In this document: piece by piece, positions 24,901 through 36,829 of the stretch
Layout: each line of letters opens with the position of its first letter
Position numbering within the stretch: the stretch's first letter is position 1
From: Eledone cirrhosa
Lineage: Eukaryota
Length of the DNA stretch: 64,000 nt
Assembly: GCA_964016885.1 (NCBI GenBank)
Contig: OZ024764.1
Coordinates: 15,438,001 to 15,502,000, forward strand
Direction of reading: 5' to 3'
Program-made: the position numbers and the translations under genes
Notes under the pieces: generated by a model
The model's database searches: none
Told to the model about the DNA's origin: nothing
Seen by the model: only the letters and a program-made list of their open reading frames with translations

Positions 24901-27900
24901 AGTGGTAGTGTTGGTGTCATGGTATAATACACCCAGTACACTCTGTAAAGTGGTAGTGTTGGTGTCATGGTATAATACACCCAGTACACTCTGTAAAGTA
25001 GTAGTGTTGGTGTCATGATAAAATACACCCAGTAGACTCTGTAAAGTGGTAGTGTTGGTGTCATGGTATAATACACCCAGTACACTCTGTAAAGTAGTAG
25101 TGTTGGTGTCATGATAAAATACACCCAGTAGACTCTGTAAAGTAGTAGTGTTGGTGTCATGATATAATACACCCAGTACACTCTGTAAAGTGGTAGTGTT
25201 GGTGTCATGATATAATACACCCAGTACACTCTGTAAAGTGGTAGTGTTGGTGTCATGATATAATACACCCAGTACACTCTGTAAAGTGGTAGTGTTGGTG
25301 TCATGATATAATACACCCAGTACACTCTGTAAAGTGGTAGTGTTGGTGTCATGGTATAATACACCCAGTACACTCTGTAAAGTGGTAGTGTTGGTGTCAT
25401 GATATAATACACCCAGTAGACTCTGTAAAGTGGTAGTGTTGGTGTCATGGTATAATACACCCAGTACACTCTGTAAAGTGGTAGTGTTGGTGTCATGATA
25501 TAATACACCCAGTACACTCTGTAAAGTGGTAGTGTTGGTGTCATGATATAATACACCCAGTACACTCTGTAAAGTGGTAGTGTTGGTGTCATGATATAAT
25601 ACACCCAGTACACTCTGTAAAGTGGTAGTGTTGGTGTCATGATATAATACACCCAGTACACTCTGTAAAGTGGTAGTGTTGGTGTCATGATATAATACAC
25701 CCAGTAGACTCTGTAAAGTGGTAGTGTTGGTGTCATGGTATAATACACCCAGTACACTCTGTAAAGTGGTAGTGTTGGTGTCATGATATAATACACCCAG
25801 TACACTCTGTAAAGTGGTAGTGTTGGTGTCATGATATAATACACCCAGTACACTCTGTAAAGTGGTAGTGTTGGTGTCATGATAAAATACACCCAGTACA
25901 CTCTGTAAAGTGGTAGTGTTGGTGTCATGATAAAATACACCCAGTACACTCTGTAAAGTGGTAGTGTTGGTGCCATGATAAAATACACCCAGTACACTCT
26001 GTAAAGTGGTAGTGTTGGTGCCATGATAAAATACACCCAGTACACTCTGTAAAGTGGAAGTGTTGGTGTCATGATATAATACACCCAGTACACTCTGTAA
26101 AGTGGTAGTGTTGGTGTCATGATATAATACACCCAGTAGACTCTGTAAAGTGGTAGTGTTGGTGTCATGATAAAATACACCCAGTACACTCTGTAAAGTG
26201 GTAGTGTTGGTGTCATGGTATAATACACCCAGTACACTCTGTAAAGTGGTAGTGTTGGTGTCATGATAAAATACACCCAGTACACTCTGTAAAGTGGTAG
26301 TGTTGGTGTCATGATATAATACACCCAGTACACTCTGTAAAGTGGTAGTGTTGGTGTCATGATATAATACACCCAGTAGACTCTGTAAAGTGGTAGTGTT
26401 GGTGTCATGATATAATACACCCAGTAGACTCTGTAAAGTGGTAGTGTTGGTGTCATGATAAAATACACCCAGTACACTCTGTAAAGTGGTAGTGTTGGTG
26501 TCATGATATAATACACCCAGTACACTCTGTAAAGTGGTAGTGTTGGTGTCATGATATAATACACCCAGTAGACTCTGTAAAGTGGTAGTGTTGGTGCCAT
26601 GATGTAATACACCCAGTACACTCTGTAAAGTGGTAGTGCTGGTGTCATGATAAAATACACCCAGTACACTCTGTAAAGTGGTAGTGTTGGTGTCATGATA
26701 TAATACACCCAGTAGACTCTGTAAAGTGGTAGTGTTGGTGTCATGATATAATACACCCAGTAGACTCTGTAAAGTGGTAGTGTTGGTGTCATGATATAAT
26801 ACACCCAGTACACTCTGTAAAGTGGTAGTGTTGGTGTCATGATATAATACACCCAGTACACTCTGTAAAGTGGTAGTGTTGGTGTCATGGTATAATACAC
26901 CCAGTAGACTCTGTAAAGTGGTAGTGTTGGTGTCATGATATAATACACCCAGTAGACTCTGTAAAGTGGTAGTGTTGGTGTCATGGTATAATACACCCAG
27001 TAGACTCTGTAAAGGGGTAGTGTTGGTGTCATGATATAATACACCCAGTACACTCTGTAAAGTGGTAGTGTTGGTGTCATGATATAATACACCCAGTACA
27101 CTCTGTAAAGTGGTAGTGTTGGTGTCATGGTATAATACACCCAGTAGACTCTGTAAAGTGGTAGTGTTGGTGTCATGATATAATACACCCAGTAGACTCT
27201 GTAAAGTGGTAGTGTTGGTGTCATGGTATAATACACCCAGTAGACTCTGTAAAGGGGTAGTGTTGGTGTCATGATATAATACACCCAGTACACTCTGTAA
27301 AGTGGTAGTGTTGGTGTCATGATATAATACACCCAGTACACTCTGTAAAGTGGTAGTGTTGGTGTCATGGTATAATACACCCAGTAGACTCTGTAAAGTG
27401 GTAGTGTTGGTGTCATGATATAATACACCCAGTAGACTCTGTAAAGTGGTAGTGTTGGTGTCATGGTATAATACACCCAGTAGACTCTGTAAAGGGGTAG
27501 TGTTGGTGTCATGATATAATACACCCAGTACACTCTGTAAAGTGGTAGTGTTGGTGTCATGATATAATACACCCAGTACACTCTGTAAAGTGGTAGTGTT
27601 GGTGTCATGATATAATACACCCAGTACACTCTGTAAAGTGGTAGTGTTGGTGTCATGATATAATACACCCAGTACACTCTGTAAAGTGGTAGTGTTGGTG
27701 TCATGGTATAATACACCCAGTAGACTCTGTAAAGTGGTAGTGTTGGTGTCATGATATAATACACCCAGTACACTCTGTAAAGTGGTAGTGTTGGTGTCAT
27801 GGTATAATACACCCAGTAGACTCTGTAAAGGGGTAGTGTTGGTGTCATGATATAATACACCCAGTACACTCTGTAAAGTGGTAGTGTTGGTGTCATGATA

Positions 27901-27935
27901 TAATACACCCAGTACACTCTGTAAAGTGGTAGTGT
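18997..27935. repeat. 48-bp satellite array (~186 copies, ~8.9 kb) filling most of intron 4
   Basis: Unit gtagtgttggtgtcatgatataatacacccagtacactctgtaaagtg; nested higher-order periods of 240, 720 and 3792 bp. Confidence 0.99.
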
Positions 27936-27980
27936 TATTATTATTGATGTTGTTGTTGTTGTTGTTGTTGTCTGTTTCAG

Positions 27981-28045
27981 GACATGGAATGGCCGACTCC
28001 TTGGCCGTATTTATTCGCCTGAAACCGGATAAACATCTCACTTGA
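27981..28045 (+). CDS. Secreted protein, terminal coding exon 5
   Basis: Acceptor tctgtttcag ending 27980; phase-1 join gives G-HGMADSLAVFIRLKPDKHLT-stop (TGA 28043-28045). Exon sum 325+179+155+164+65 = 888 nt = 295 aa + stop. Confidence 0.85.
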
Positions 28046-28057
28046 TCCTCGTCATCA

Positions 28058-28690
28058 CTGCTGCTGCTGTTGTTGTTGTTGTTGGTGGTGCTGGTGTTGT
28101 TGTTGTTGTTGTTGGTGGTGCTGGTGTTGTTGTTGTTGTTGTTGGTGGTGTTGTTGTTGGTGTTGTTGTTGTTGGTGGTGCTGGTGTTGTTGTTGGTGCA
28201 GCAGTTGTTGTTGTTGTTGTTGGTGGTGGTGCTGTTGTTGTTGTTGTTGTTGTTGTTGGTGGTGCTGGTGTTGTTGTTGTTGTTGGTGGTGGTGCTGGTG
28301 TTGTTGTTGTTGTTGTTGGTGGTGCTGGTGTTGTTGTTGTTGTTGTTGGTGGTGCTGGTGTTGTTGTTGTTGTTGGTGGTGGTGCTGGTGTTGTTGTTGT
28401 TGTTGGTGCAGCAGTTGTTGTTGTTGTTGTTGGTGGTGGTGCTGTTGTTGTTGTTGTTGTTGGTGCAGCAGTTGTTGTTGTTGTTGGTGGTGGTGCAGTT
28501 GTTGTTTTTGTTGATGGTGGTGGTGGTGCTGGTGTTGTTGTTGTTGTTGTTGGTGGTGGTGCTGGTGTTGTTGTTGTTGTTGTTGGTGGTGGTGCTGGTG
28601 CAGTTGTTGTTGTTGTTGGTGGTGGTGCAGTTGTTGTTTTTGTTGATGGTGCAGTTGTTGTTGTTGATGCTATTGATGGTGCAGCTGTTG
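28058..28690. repeat. (GTT/GGT/GCT)n compound trinucleotide tract just after the stop codon
   Basis: Direct reading. Confidence 0.95.
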
Positions 28691-28886
28691 ATTTCTCTCA
28701 AATGAAACAGTTCTAGTCCTGTAAAAGCATTTTCTATATTAAATATTTATACTCTGCTTTGTATTGAGTACTTACTTACTGTGGTTACCCCCGATTGACC
28801 CCGGGATAAACTTATATATATATATTTATGTATTATAAGAACAGATTAAAGTTTAAGCAAAGAATCACTGCTTTCGCATTTATTAT

Positions 28887-28972
<86 letters not shown>

Positions 28973-28982
28973 GTGTGTGTGT

Positions 28983-29232
28983 GCAGGAGAGGAGGATGCG
29001 TTGGTATGGACATGTGATGCGTATGAAGGATGACAGCTGCATAAAAAGGTGCAGAGCACTCAAAGTTTATGGAAACCGCGGAGTGGGGAGACTCAAAAAG
29101 ACCTGGGGTGAGGTGATAAAAGCCGGCCTTGCCCAATTGCACCTCTCAACAGCGATGACACAGGACCGTGACCTCTGGCGTCACGCAGTAATACAGAAGA
29201 CCCGACCCCCCACGGGTACAAGCCGAAGCTGA
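28983..29232 (+). mobile_element. RTE LINE 3' fragment
   Basis: QERRMRWYGHVMRMKDDSCIKRC...GNRGVGRLKKTW...QDRDLWR. Confidence 0.88.
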
Positions 29233-29257
29233 AGCATATAGAGAATATGCTGCCACC

Positions 29258-29730
29258 CCCTTCCACTGCAAAGTGGTCGTGGAGGTGCCACGGCAAAAAA
29301 GCACCCAGCACTCACTGTAAATGAGGTTGGTGTTAGGAAGGGCATCCAGCTGAAGAAATCAAGCCAGAATCAGTTCCCGTATGAGCAAGACAAGGTCACC
29401 TGACCTAACATCGCCCACAACAGGGCAACCTGTCTAACCCATGCTAGCATGGAAGAATGGATGTAAAACGGTGATGATGATCATCATCACCATCATCATT
29501 TATGTCTGCTTTTCCCTGCTTGCAAGGGTGGGACGGGTCCTATTCAGCACAGCATCTCTCCACTTGTCACGGTCCTTCGTCATTTCCTCAGTGAGTTTCA
29601 GCCTATCCCTCTTATTCAGTTTCTCTCTCAACACATTCATGCTTGGTCGTTCATGCACATTGACATTGCACACCCAACAGAGCATGCAGCCTCATTTCTC
29701 TCCAACACATCCAACGGAGCATGCATGATG
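29258..29730. mobile_element. SINE 3' portion (+, 29258-29490) tail-to-tail with an RTE 3' fragment (-, 29490-29730)
   Basis: Single 48-bp module and ggttggtgttaggaagggcatccagctg; minus ORF ...LTEEMTKDRDKWRDAVLNRTRPT. Confidence 0.8.
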
Positions 29731-29744
29731 ACGTAAAATGATAA

Positions 29745-30200
29745 TAATAATAATGAAATTATTGTGTACAGTGCTCAGGTGCACTACAACTCATCAAAGG
29801 TGCATGTATAGTACATAGAATAATGTACAAATGTCAGGAAAATGAACAGTGTATGAGTCATGATATAATAATAATAATAATAATGAAATATTGTGTACAG
29901 TGCCCAGGTGCACTACAACTCATCAAAAAGTGCATGTATAGTACATAGGGTAATGTATAAACATCAGTAAAATGAACAGTGCACGAGTCATGATACACAC
30001 ACGTGTGCATGTGTATGGAAGGGGTACATCAGGTGTAGTTTTGGCGTATTTCGGGAAGCATGAGTGTCTTAAAGGATGCAGTGTCTTAAAGGATGCAGTG
30101 TCTCAACAGCTAACAACTGACGCAGGCAGTTTGTTCCATGCTTCAGCAACTCTGAGCGTGAAAAAATGTCTACGAAAGTCATGGGAGCTGTGCTGTTTAT
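29745..30200 (-). mobile_element. CR1-type LINE 3' end with duplicated 3'UTR
   Basis: Minus strand encodes KQHSSHDFRRHFFTLRVAEAWNKLPASVVSC, the CR1 C-terminal FF..RV...WN.LP motif; the ~135-bp UTR block is repeated at 29750 and 29880. Confidence 0.8.
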
Positions 30201-30204
30201 ATAT

Positions 30205-30620
30205 TTGTAATAAGGTTGCTTGGATGCATCGATAGACAGTATGCTGGTTGAGCACTCTATGTCCCTACAGAGCAGAGTATGATAATATGGAAAACGAAGA
30301 ATCAGTGATGCATTGGAACACAATTTATTACGTATTACAATTGTTTCTCCAGCAAACAGCTTGAGGTACGATCTGTTTGTGGATCGAACCTGACTCTGGA
30401 TTCGCAAGTTCCTCAGATACGTCTAGTGATTTTGAAGCAAATCCTCTTTCTGCTGGACTCCAACCCTTCAAATTTCTATCATCTGCCATCATCCTGCTTG
30501 CGCAGCACTTCGATTCGTTGATGTATGTCCACCACTCACACCACTTCCCCATTTTGTTTGTTGACAAGATTGTTCTTCCAGAACGAGGTTCGTCTACAAG
30601 ATAATCTTGCTACTCTTTAT
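30205..30620 (-). mobile_element. Possible degenerate Tc1/mariner transposase fragment
   Basis: Minus strand near 30600 reads LVDEPRSGRT, similar to the mariner N-terminal DEPRSGRP motif; the rest is not recognisable. Confidence 0.3.
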
Positions 30621-30809
30621 AACATTGTGCAACTTAAAACAAACAAAGAAGAAGAATCGAAACAAAACAATTTTCACGTTTAGATTATATTTGCTGATAA
30701 ATGCTTCATTAAGAATTCAGAAGACTGAAGCAGTGGAGCATCATGAATTGATCAAATAGTCTTCACAGTTCTGTGTAAAAGGAAGGAAAGGGTTGGTGAA
30801 AAAGCTACA

Positions 30810-31370
30810 CTGTGTTTGTGTGAATGTATGTGTGTGTTTGTGTGAATGTATGTGTGTGTTTGTGTGAATGTATGCGTGTGTTTGTTTGTGAATGTATGTG
30901 TGTGTTTGCGTGAATGTATGTGTGTGTTTGTGTGAATGTATGTGTGTGTTTGTGAATGTATATGTGTGTTTGTTTGTGAATGTATGTGTGTGTGTTTGTG
31001 TGAATATTTGTGAGTGTTTGTGTGAATGTATGTGTGTGTTTGTGTAAATGTATGTGTGTGTTTGTTTGTGAATGTATGTGTGTGTGTTTGTGTGAATGTA
31101 TGTGTGTGTTTGTGTGAATGTATGTGTGTGTTTGTTTGTGAATGTGTGTGTGTTTGTTTGTGAATGTATGTGTGTGTGTGTTTGTGTGAATGCATGTATG
31201 TTCGTGTTTGTGTGAATATATGTGTGTGTTTGTGTGAATCTATTTGTGAGTGTTTGTGTGTGTGTCTGTGTTTGCACCTTTATACTTATATACTCAAATA
31301 TATAAATGAATGCACACACACACACATATACACACACATATACACATACACACACATATACACACACACA
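30810..31370. repeat. (GT)-rich compound microsatellite
   Basis: tgtgtgaatgtatgtgtgtgtt repeats. Confidence 0.93.
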
Positions 31371-31593
31371 AAAAAAACCTTTAGTAAAGGAAATTGATGA
31401 AAGTATAGTTCAATAATTGATTGTCTTTCTTTCTGTAAAGGTTCATTCTACCATGACAGATCAAAATAATGAATACACAATACATATGAGCAGAGTAAAT
31501 CACCATCATCGCTGTTTAATGCCTATCTTCCACGTTAGCATGGGTTAGACGGGTTGTTGAGGGCAGAGGTAGACAGTAGAGAGAGGAGGAAAC

Positions 31594-32375
31594 TCCCAGT
31601 CCACACTGTAAAGTGGTCATGTAGGTGTCACAACAAAAAACACACAGTCCACACTGTAAAGTGGTCATGTAGGTGTCACAACAAAAAACACACAGTCCAC
31701 ACTGTAAAGTGGTCATGTAGGTGTCACAACAAAAAGCACCCAGTCCACACTGTAAAGTGGTCATGTAGGTGTCACAACAAAAAACACACAGTCCACACTG
31801 TAAAGTGGTCATGTAGGTGTCACAACAAAAAGCACCCAGTCCACACTGTAAAGTGGTCATGTAGGTGTCACAACAAAAAGCACCCAGGCCACACTGTAAA
31901 GTGGTCATGTAGGTGTCACAACAAAAAACACACAGTCCACACTGTAAAGTGGTCATGTAGGTGTCACAACAAAAAGCACCCAGTCCACACTGTAAAGTGG
32001 TCATGTAGGTGTCACAACAAAAAACACACAGTCCACACTGTAAAGTGGTCATGTAGGTGTCACAACAAAAAGCACCCAGTCCACACTGTAAAGTGGTCAT
32101 GTAGGTGTCACAACAAAAAACACCCAGTCCACACTGTAAAGTGGTCATGTAGGTGTCACAACAAAAACACCCAGTCCACACTGTAAAGTGGTCATGTAGG
32201 AGTCACGACAAAAAGCACCCAGTCCACACTGTAAAGTGGTCATGTAGGTGTCACAACAAAAAACACCCAGTCCACACTGTAAAGTGGTCATGTAGGTGTC
32301 ACAACAAAAACACCCAGTCCACACTGTAAAGTGGTCATGTAGGTGTCATGACAAAAAGTTCCAAGCCCACTCTGT
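31594..32375. repeat. 48-bp minisatellite (~16 copies) continuing into the SINE body
   Basis: Unit cccagtccacactgtaaagtggtcatgtaggtgtcacaacaaaaagca, followed by 'ctgtaaatggagttggcgttaggaagggcatc' at ~32373. Confidence 0.97.
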
Positions 32376-32969
32376 AAATGGAGTTGGCGTTAGGAAGGGC
32401 ATCAAGCTGTAGAAACAAAGCCCAAATCAGCTCTGTGTGAGCAAAACAGGTTCTACCGAGTGCACCAGCACAAGAGAGGTTGTAAAGGGTGTACCAGGTG
32501 CATTTTCGTAGCATCAACTCTAGATAGGTTTTTGGTCCTTGTCTGTGGGGTTTGAGTGGGAGCGATAGAAGAGAAATAAGTAAGAATGTATAAGTGTGGT
32601 GTGATTTGACAGGGTGACGAGTGACAAAAACCATATAAAAAAAAAAAATTTCACCTCTAACACGAGATGGGTGTAATTCTAAAAATAATACTAACTCTCA
32701 AAGTTAGTATTACTAACAGCAAATTCAATAAAACAATATTATTTATTCAAAGTGCAGTGTCGGACGCCATACTTTGCAGCAAAGAGTTACGTCCCTTTAC
32801 GGTCTGAGTTCAAATCCCGCCGAGGTTGACTTTGCCTTACATTCTTACAGGGTCGATAAAATAAAGTACCAGTAATACACTGAGTTATTGCTGGCCTTGT
32901 GCCAAAAGTAGAAACAATTATCTTTCTTGCTTAATTATATTTAAGTTTAAGATATATATATATATATAT

Positions 32970-33460
32970 ATTTCTTTATTTGCCACAAGGGCGCACAAGA
33001 AAAGGGGACAATACAAAGTCACATGCCGGGGATTTTACATACAGTCGTGTAAAAATATTGAAACAAACAAATTTAACAATCGCAAACCCCAATAGGGGGG
33101 GAGGCACCACAAATGGGTTGTTTTATACCCCGTAGATAGAACAACCCTCAACTCGAGGAGCGTGTTGTGCAAGTGCTCCCTTCTTCCTTTTGCTCCCTTC
33201 CTCAACCTACAGGTTTATATACAGAGAAGGCCCAATCACTCGGGCCATTTTCGCCACATTCACCCACCTTTCAGTAAATTTACTGGGGTGCAGTGCCTCT
33301 CTCTCCACTCTGATTCTCCTTCTAAAGTGGAACCTAAAGAAGGGAATGAGTTGTTGTCCGGAGAGAAAGGCATCTGTCCTCAGTCCTCTCAACCTTGTCC
33401 TCCATAGCCACTATACAGAGGAAAACCGTCTCTTTCGTTTTGGGGAAGTTTAAGATAACC
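32970..33460 (-). mobile_element. L1/Tx1-like LINE 3' end (second copy 47235-47735, +)
   Basis: Both copies encode a similar C-terminus (GLR...FL.GQQLIPFF..HFRR..R.ERE.LHPSKF.ERWVNVAKMARV) and end in gtggcaaataaagaaa. Clade is inferred from the AK..IW..R / F..RW pattern. Confidence 0.65.
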
Positions 33461-33829
33461 GAATGAAGATGGTTGGAACTGCAGCTACACAATTAAATAA
33501 CTGTTTCTACTTTAGGCACTAGGCCAGTAATTACCCAGTGCATTACTGGTACTTTATTTTATCGACCCCGTAAGGATGAAAGGCAAAGTCAACCTCGGCG
33601 GGATTTGAACTCAGATCGTAAAGGGACGTAACTATGCTGGAAAGCATGGCGTCCGACCCTCTACCGATACTGCCAATCCCACAATTAAATAACATCTACA
33701 GATAATGCCAGTGAAGTGGTAGCCTTTCACTGCTAAACATAGCTGCTATATCTCCCTCAAATAACACCCTACTCTATATTCTGTTAAAAAGTGACGTATT
33801 ACAAAATGTATTTCTAGATATGTGTAATA

Positions 33830-34460
33830 ATTGTTTCTACTTTTGGCACAAGGCCAGCAATTACCCAGTACATTACTGGTACTTTATTTTATCGACCCCG
33901 TAAGGATGAAAGGCAAAGTTAACCTATAAATAATTGTTTCTACTTTTGGCACAAGGCCAGCAATTACCCAGTACATTACTGGTACTTTATGTTATCGACC
34001 CCGTAAGGATGAAAGGCAAAGTTAACCTATAAATAATTGTTTCTACTTTTGGCACAAGGCCAGCAATTACCCAGTACATTACTGGTACTTTATTTTATCG
34101 ACCCCGTAAGGATGAAAGGCAAAGTTAACCTATAAATAATTGTTTCTACTTTTGGCACAAGGCCAGCAATTACCCAGTACATTACTGGTACTTTATGTTA
34201 TCGACCCCGTAAGGATGAAAGGCAAAGTTAACCTATAAATAATTGTTTCTACTTTTGGCACAAGGCCAGCAAATACCCAGTACATTACTGGTACTTTATG
34301 TTATCGACCCCGTAAGGATGAAAGGCAAAGTTAACCTATAAATAATTGTTTCTACTTTTGGCACAAGGCCAGCAAATACCCAGTACATTACTGGTACTTT
34401 ATTTTATCGACCCCGTAAGGATGAAAGGCAAAGTTAACCTCGGCGGGATTTGAACTCAGA
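33830..34460 (-). repeat. 103-bp tandem array (~6 copies) of the 3' half of the Meta-like SINE
   Basis: taattgtttctacttttggcacaaggccagc...gtaaggatgaaaggcaaagttaacc; the last unit continues into 'tcggcgggatttgaactcaga'. Confidence 0.93.
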
Positions 34461-35103
34461 ATAATAATGTTATATACAGTGTTCAGGTGCACTACAATGT
34501 ATGTATAGTCCCGTAACACCTGATAGAGATGGAGGGACAGAGCCCATCCCTCTCCAGGGCTAATTTCTAGATATACAATGTTAGAAATATCAAACACATG
34601 AGATGGTCGTGGCTGGAATATCTATGAACAAAAGGTCAGCTTCGTTAGTCTGACATTTGGACAGTGAACATGCCATGACAGACACCAAGGAATTAATTTC
34701 TATTAGAAAAATATTACACCCAGCAACCCTCGTTACAACCACAACAACAAAACTTACAAAATGTTAAACTTACAAAAATTCCCGGTTTCCATTCGTAAGT
34801 CATACTATCATTCAGAGTTAGCCACACATTTTCAGCCACGATTTCGTATTTTCGTCGCGAAAATGTTTTATTTTTACAATGGTAAATAAAGATTTTTTTT
34901 AAATAATTTTATCAAGGAGTAAAGAAGTAAAATACAATTCACTGAACAGTAATGGTAAAGGAAAGAAAAAAGTGGCGGAGCAATTCTTCACCAAGTACAA
35001 CAATCGGCTGCATTACCACGGGTGATGGCGTATAATTGATATGAAATAAATCTTCTTTAGATATATGTGTGTGTGTTAGGTAATTCGGGGTCATACTTTC
35101 TGC

Positions 35104-35138
<35 letters not shown>

Positions 35139-36451
35139 ACTTCGTTTTTGTATATATATTATATATATACTTCACTTTTGTATTTGTTTTGCAAGATTTC
35201 CTATTTGAAAACGTGTGTTAAAACAGATATTGTTATACTTTGGTAGGGTCATGCTGCCAATAAAAACACATGCATCTGTTGGTTTTCATTCCAATTTATT
35301 ACAAATTTCTAGTTGGTTGGTTTAATAACCAGATGTTTGATTATTGTCAAAGCTCTTTCGTCACACATTCTGTGACCTACGTAGTGACTTATTTGTTATT
35401 TTGTGTCTCTCTTACACCATCTTGTTTTTGTGTGTTGTGTGCTGGAATGGCTCTTCCAACGCATCTCTCTCACCATCCTCCGGTGGAACGCCTTCTCTAC
35501 TCTGGCTGCAGAGTGGCCAGTCTGTGGGCCTCCATTTGTTTATAATAGTGAGGGATGGGGAGAACAAGAGAGACAGAGGCAGTGAGTGAAAGAGAGAGAG
35601 AGAACATTAACACTTATTTACTTATTTATTTATTTGTATTTACATCGCCATTACAAGATTTACTTGTTGTCATTGAATTATTGAAGAATTTTGAGTGATT
35701 TACTAAAATTATTCATTATTCCATTACTAAGTCAATAAGATTCTTATATAAAATTATGTTGGAAGATTTTAATTCAAATTAAAAACCTATAAAATTGGTG
35801 GTTTTATTTCATAGAACCAGAGCCAGTTTTGGCTGGTTTTGGTAACTAAAGGGTTAAATTAAAATATGAGATAGACAAAAACACATTAATAAAAATTAAA
35901 GATTTGTTAGAAACTTTATATTCTTTCAAAAGGCCGCACAGAATGGCATAGAATGTCCCATGTTCCCCATCTCTGTCCTAGCTGCTTTACAGATCCCCTT
36001 GCTTCGCGTTTTCTAGCTTATTTAAATAAAACAAATTATTTCTACTTTTATAGAAAATCGGTAATTCTTCTAGGTTGTCTCCGTTGATTTTTTAAAAACC
36101 AGAATTAGTCGTTTAGTTAGATATTAAGACCTCCAACCCATCCTATTTATTTTATAACGTATTGGGTTTCTAGTAATGTACTTTTTTGTCATGTTTAATG
36201 TTTTAATGTCTAAAGAAAATTAACTGTGGCAGGAATGCTATCACTTAAAATAAAATGTTGCCGGAGATAGATTAGCACAATTTAAGACACTGACTCCAAG
36301 GTACCACACAATAGAAGACATATTCTCTCTCCCTCTCTCACACACACCCTCCTTTATTATTTGGGAGCCGAGAGAAAGCTAGAATCTGTTTCAAACTCTG
36401 GTTTTCTTTTTAATAATTTTTACGAACAATGGGAGACAACTCTTATATTAT

Positions 36452-36613
36452 TTCGGTGGAGTTAGGCCGCCTACAGCGAAGTTCTTGTCTTCACTAGCGG
36501 CTCGCCTTACTGAGGTGTCAGATGATGCCCGTGAGAGTGCTTGGTTATTTCAGCCCCTTAGCGCTGCTACCACTCATGGTAATGCTGCGAGCATGTTAAC
36601 CCCTAAGGTTTGA
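36452..36613 (+). mobile_element. CRE-like (REL-endonuclease) non-LTR retrotransposon C-terminal remnant
   Basis: Hand translation FGGVRPPTAKFLSSLAARLTEVSDDARESAWLFQPLSAATTHGNAASML* resembles the CRE C-terminal motif FL..L..RL....D.RE...LFQRLS.A...GNAA. Confidence 0.6.
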
Positions 36614-36829
36614 GGTGTTGCAGATTGTCACATTTGGTGGTGAATTGTCGTCCCCTCTATTTTTTCCTTCCCTTTCATCTTTCAACAGGATGGTACTCCA
36701 TCTCATTAGAAGCTGCCTGTATGGGCTTATCATCATCATCATCATCATCGTTTAACGTCTATCTTCCACGCTAGCATGGGTTAGATAGGAATTGTCCTAC
36801 TTGAGGCAGGATTGGTCGGGTGACCAATC

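Noticed and set aside
19108-28701. 3197-aa mucin-like ORF (and 695/1263/1026-aa ORFs in a second frame)
   Set aside because: Produced by a stop-free 48-bp monomer plus a trinucleotide tract; two frames are open, there is no signal peptide, the monomer is SINE-derived, and it lies antisense within the intron of a well-supported gene.
28042-28716. Poly-Val/Gly and poly-Leu ORFs
   Set aside because: (GTT)n tract after the stop codon; the same applies to 54925-55709 and 57263-57741.
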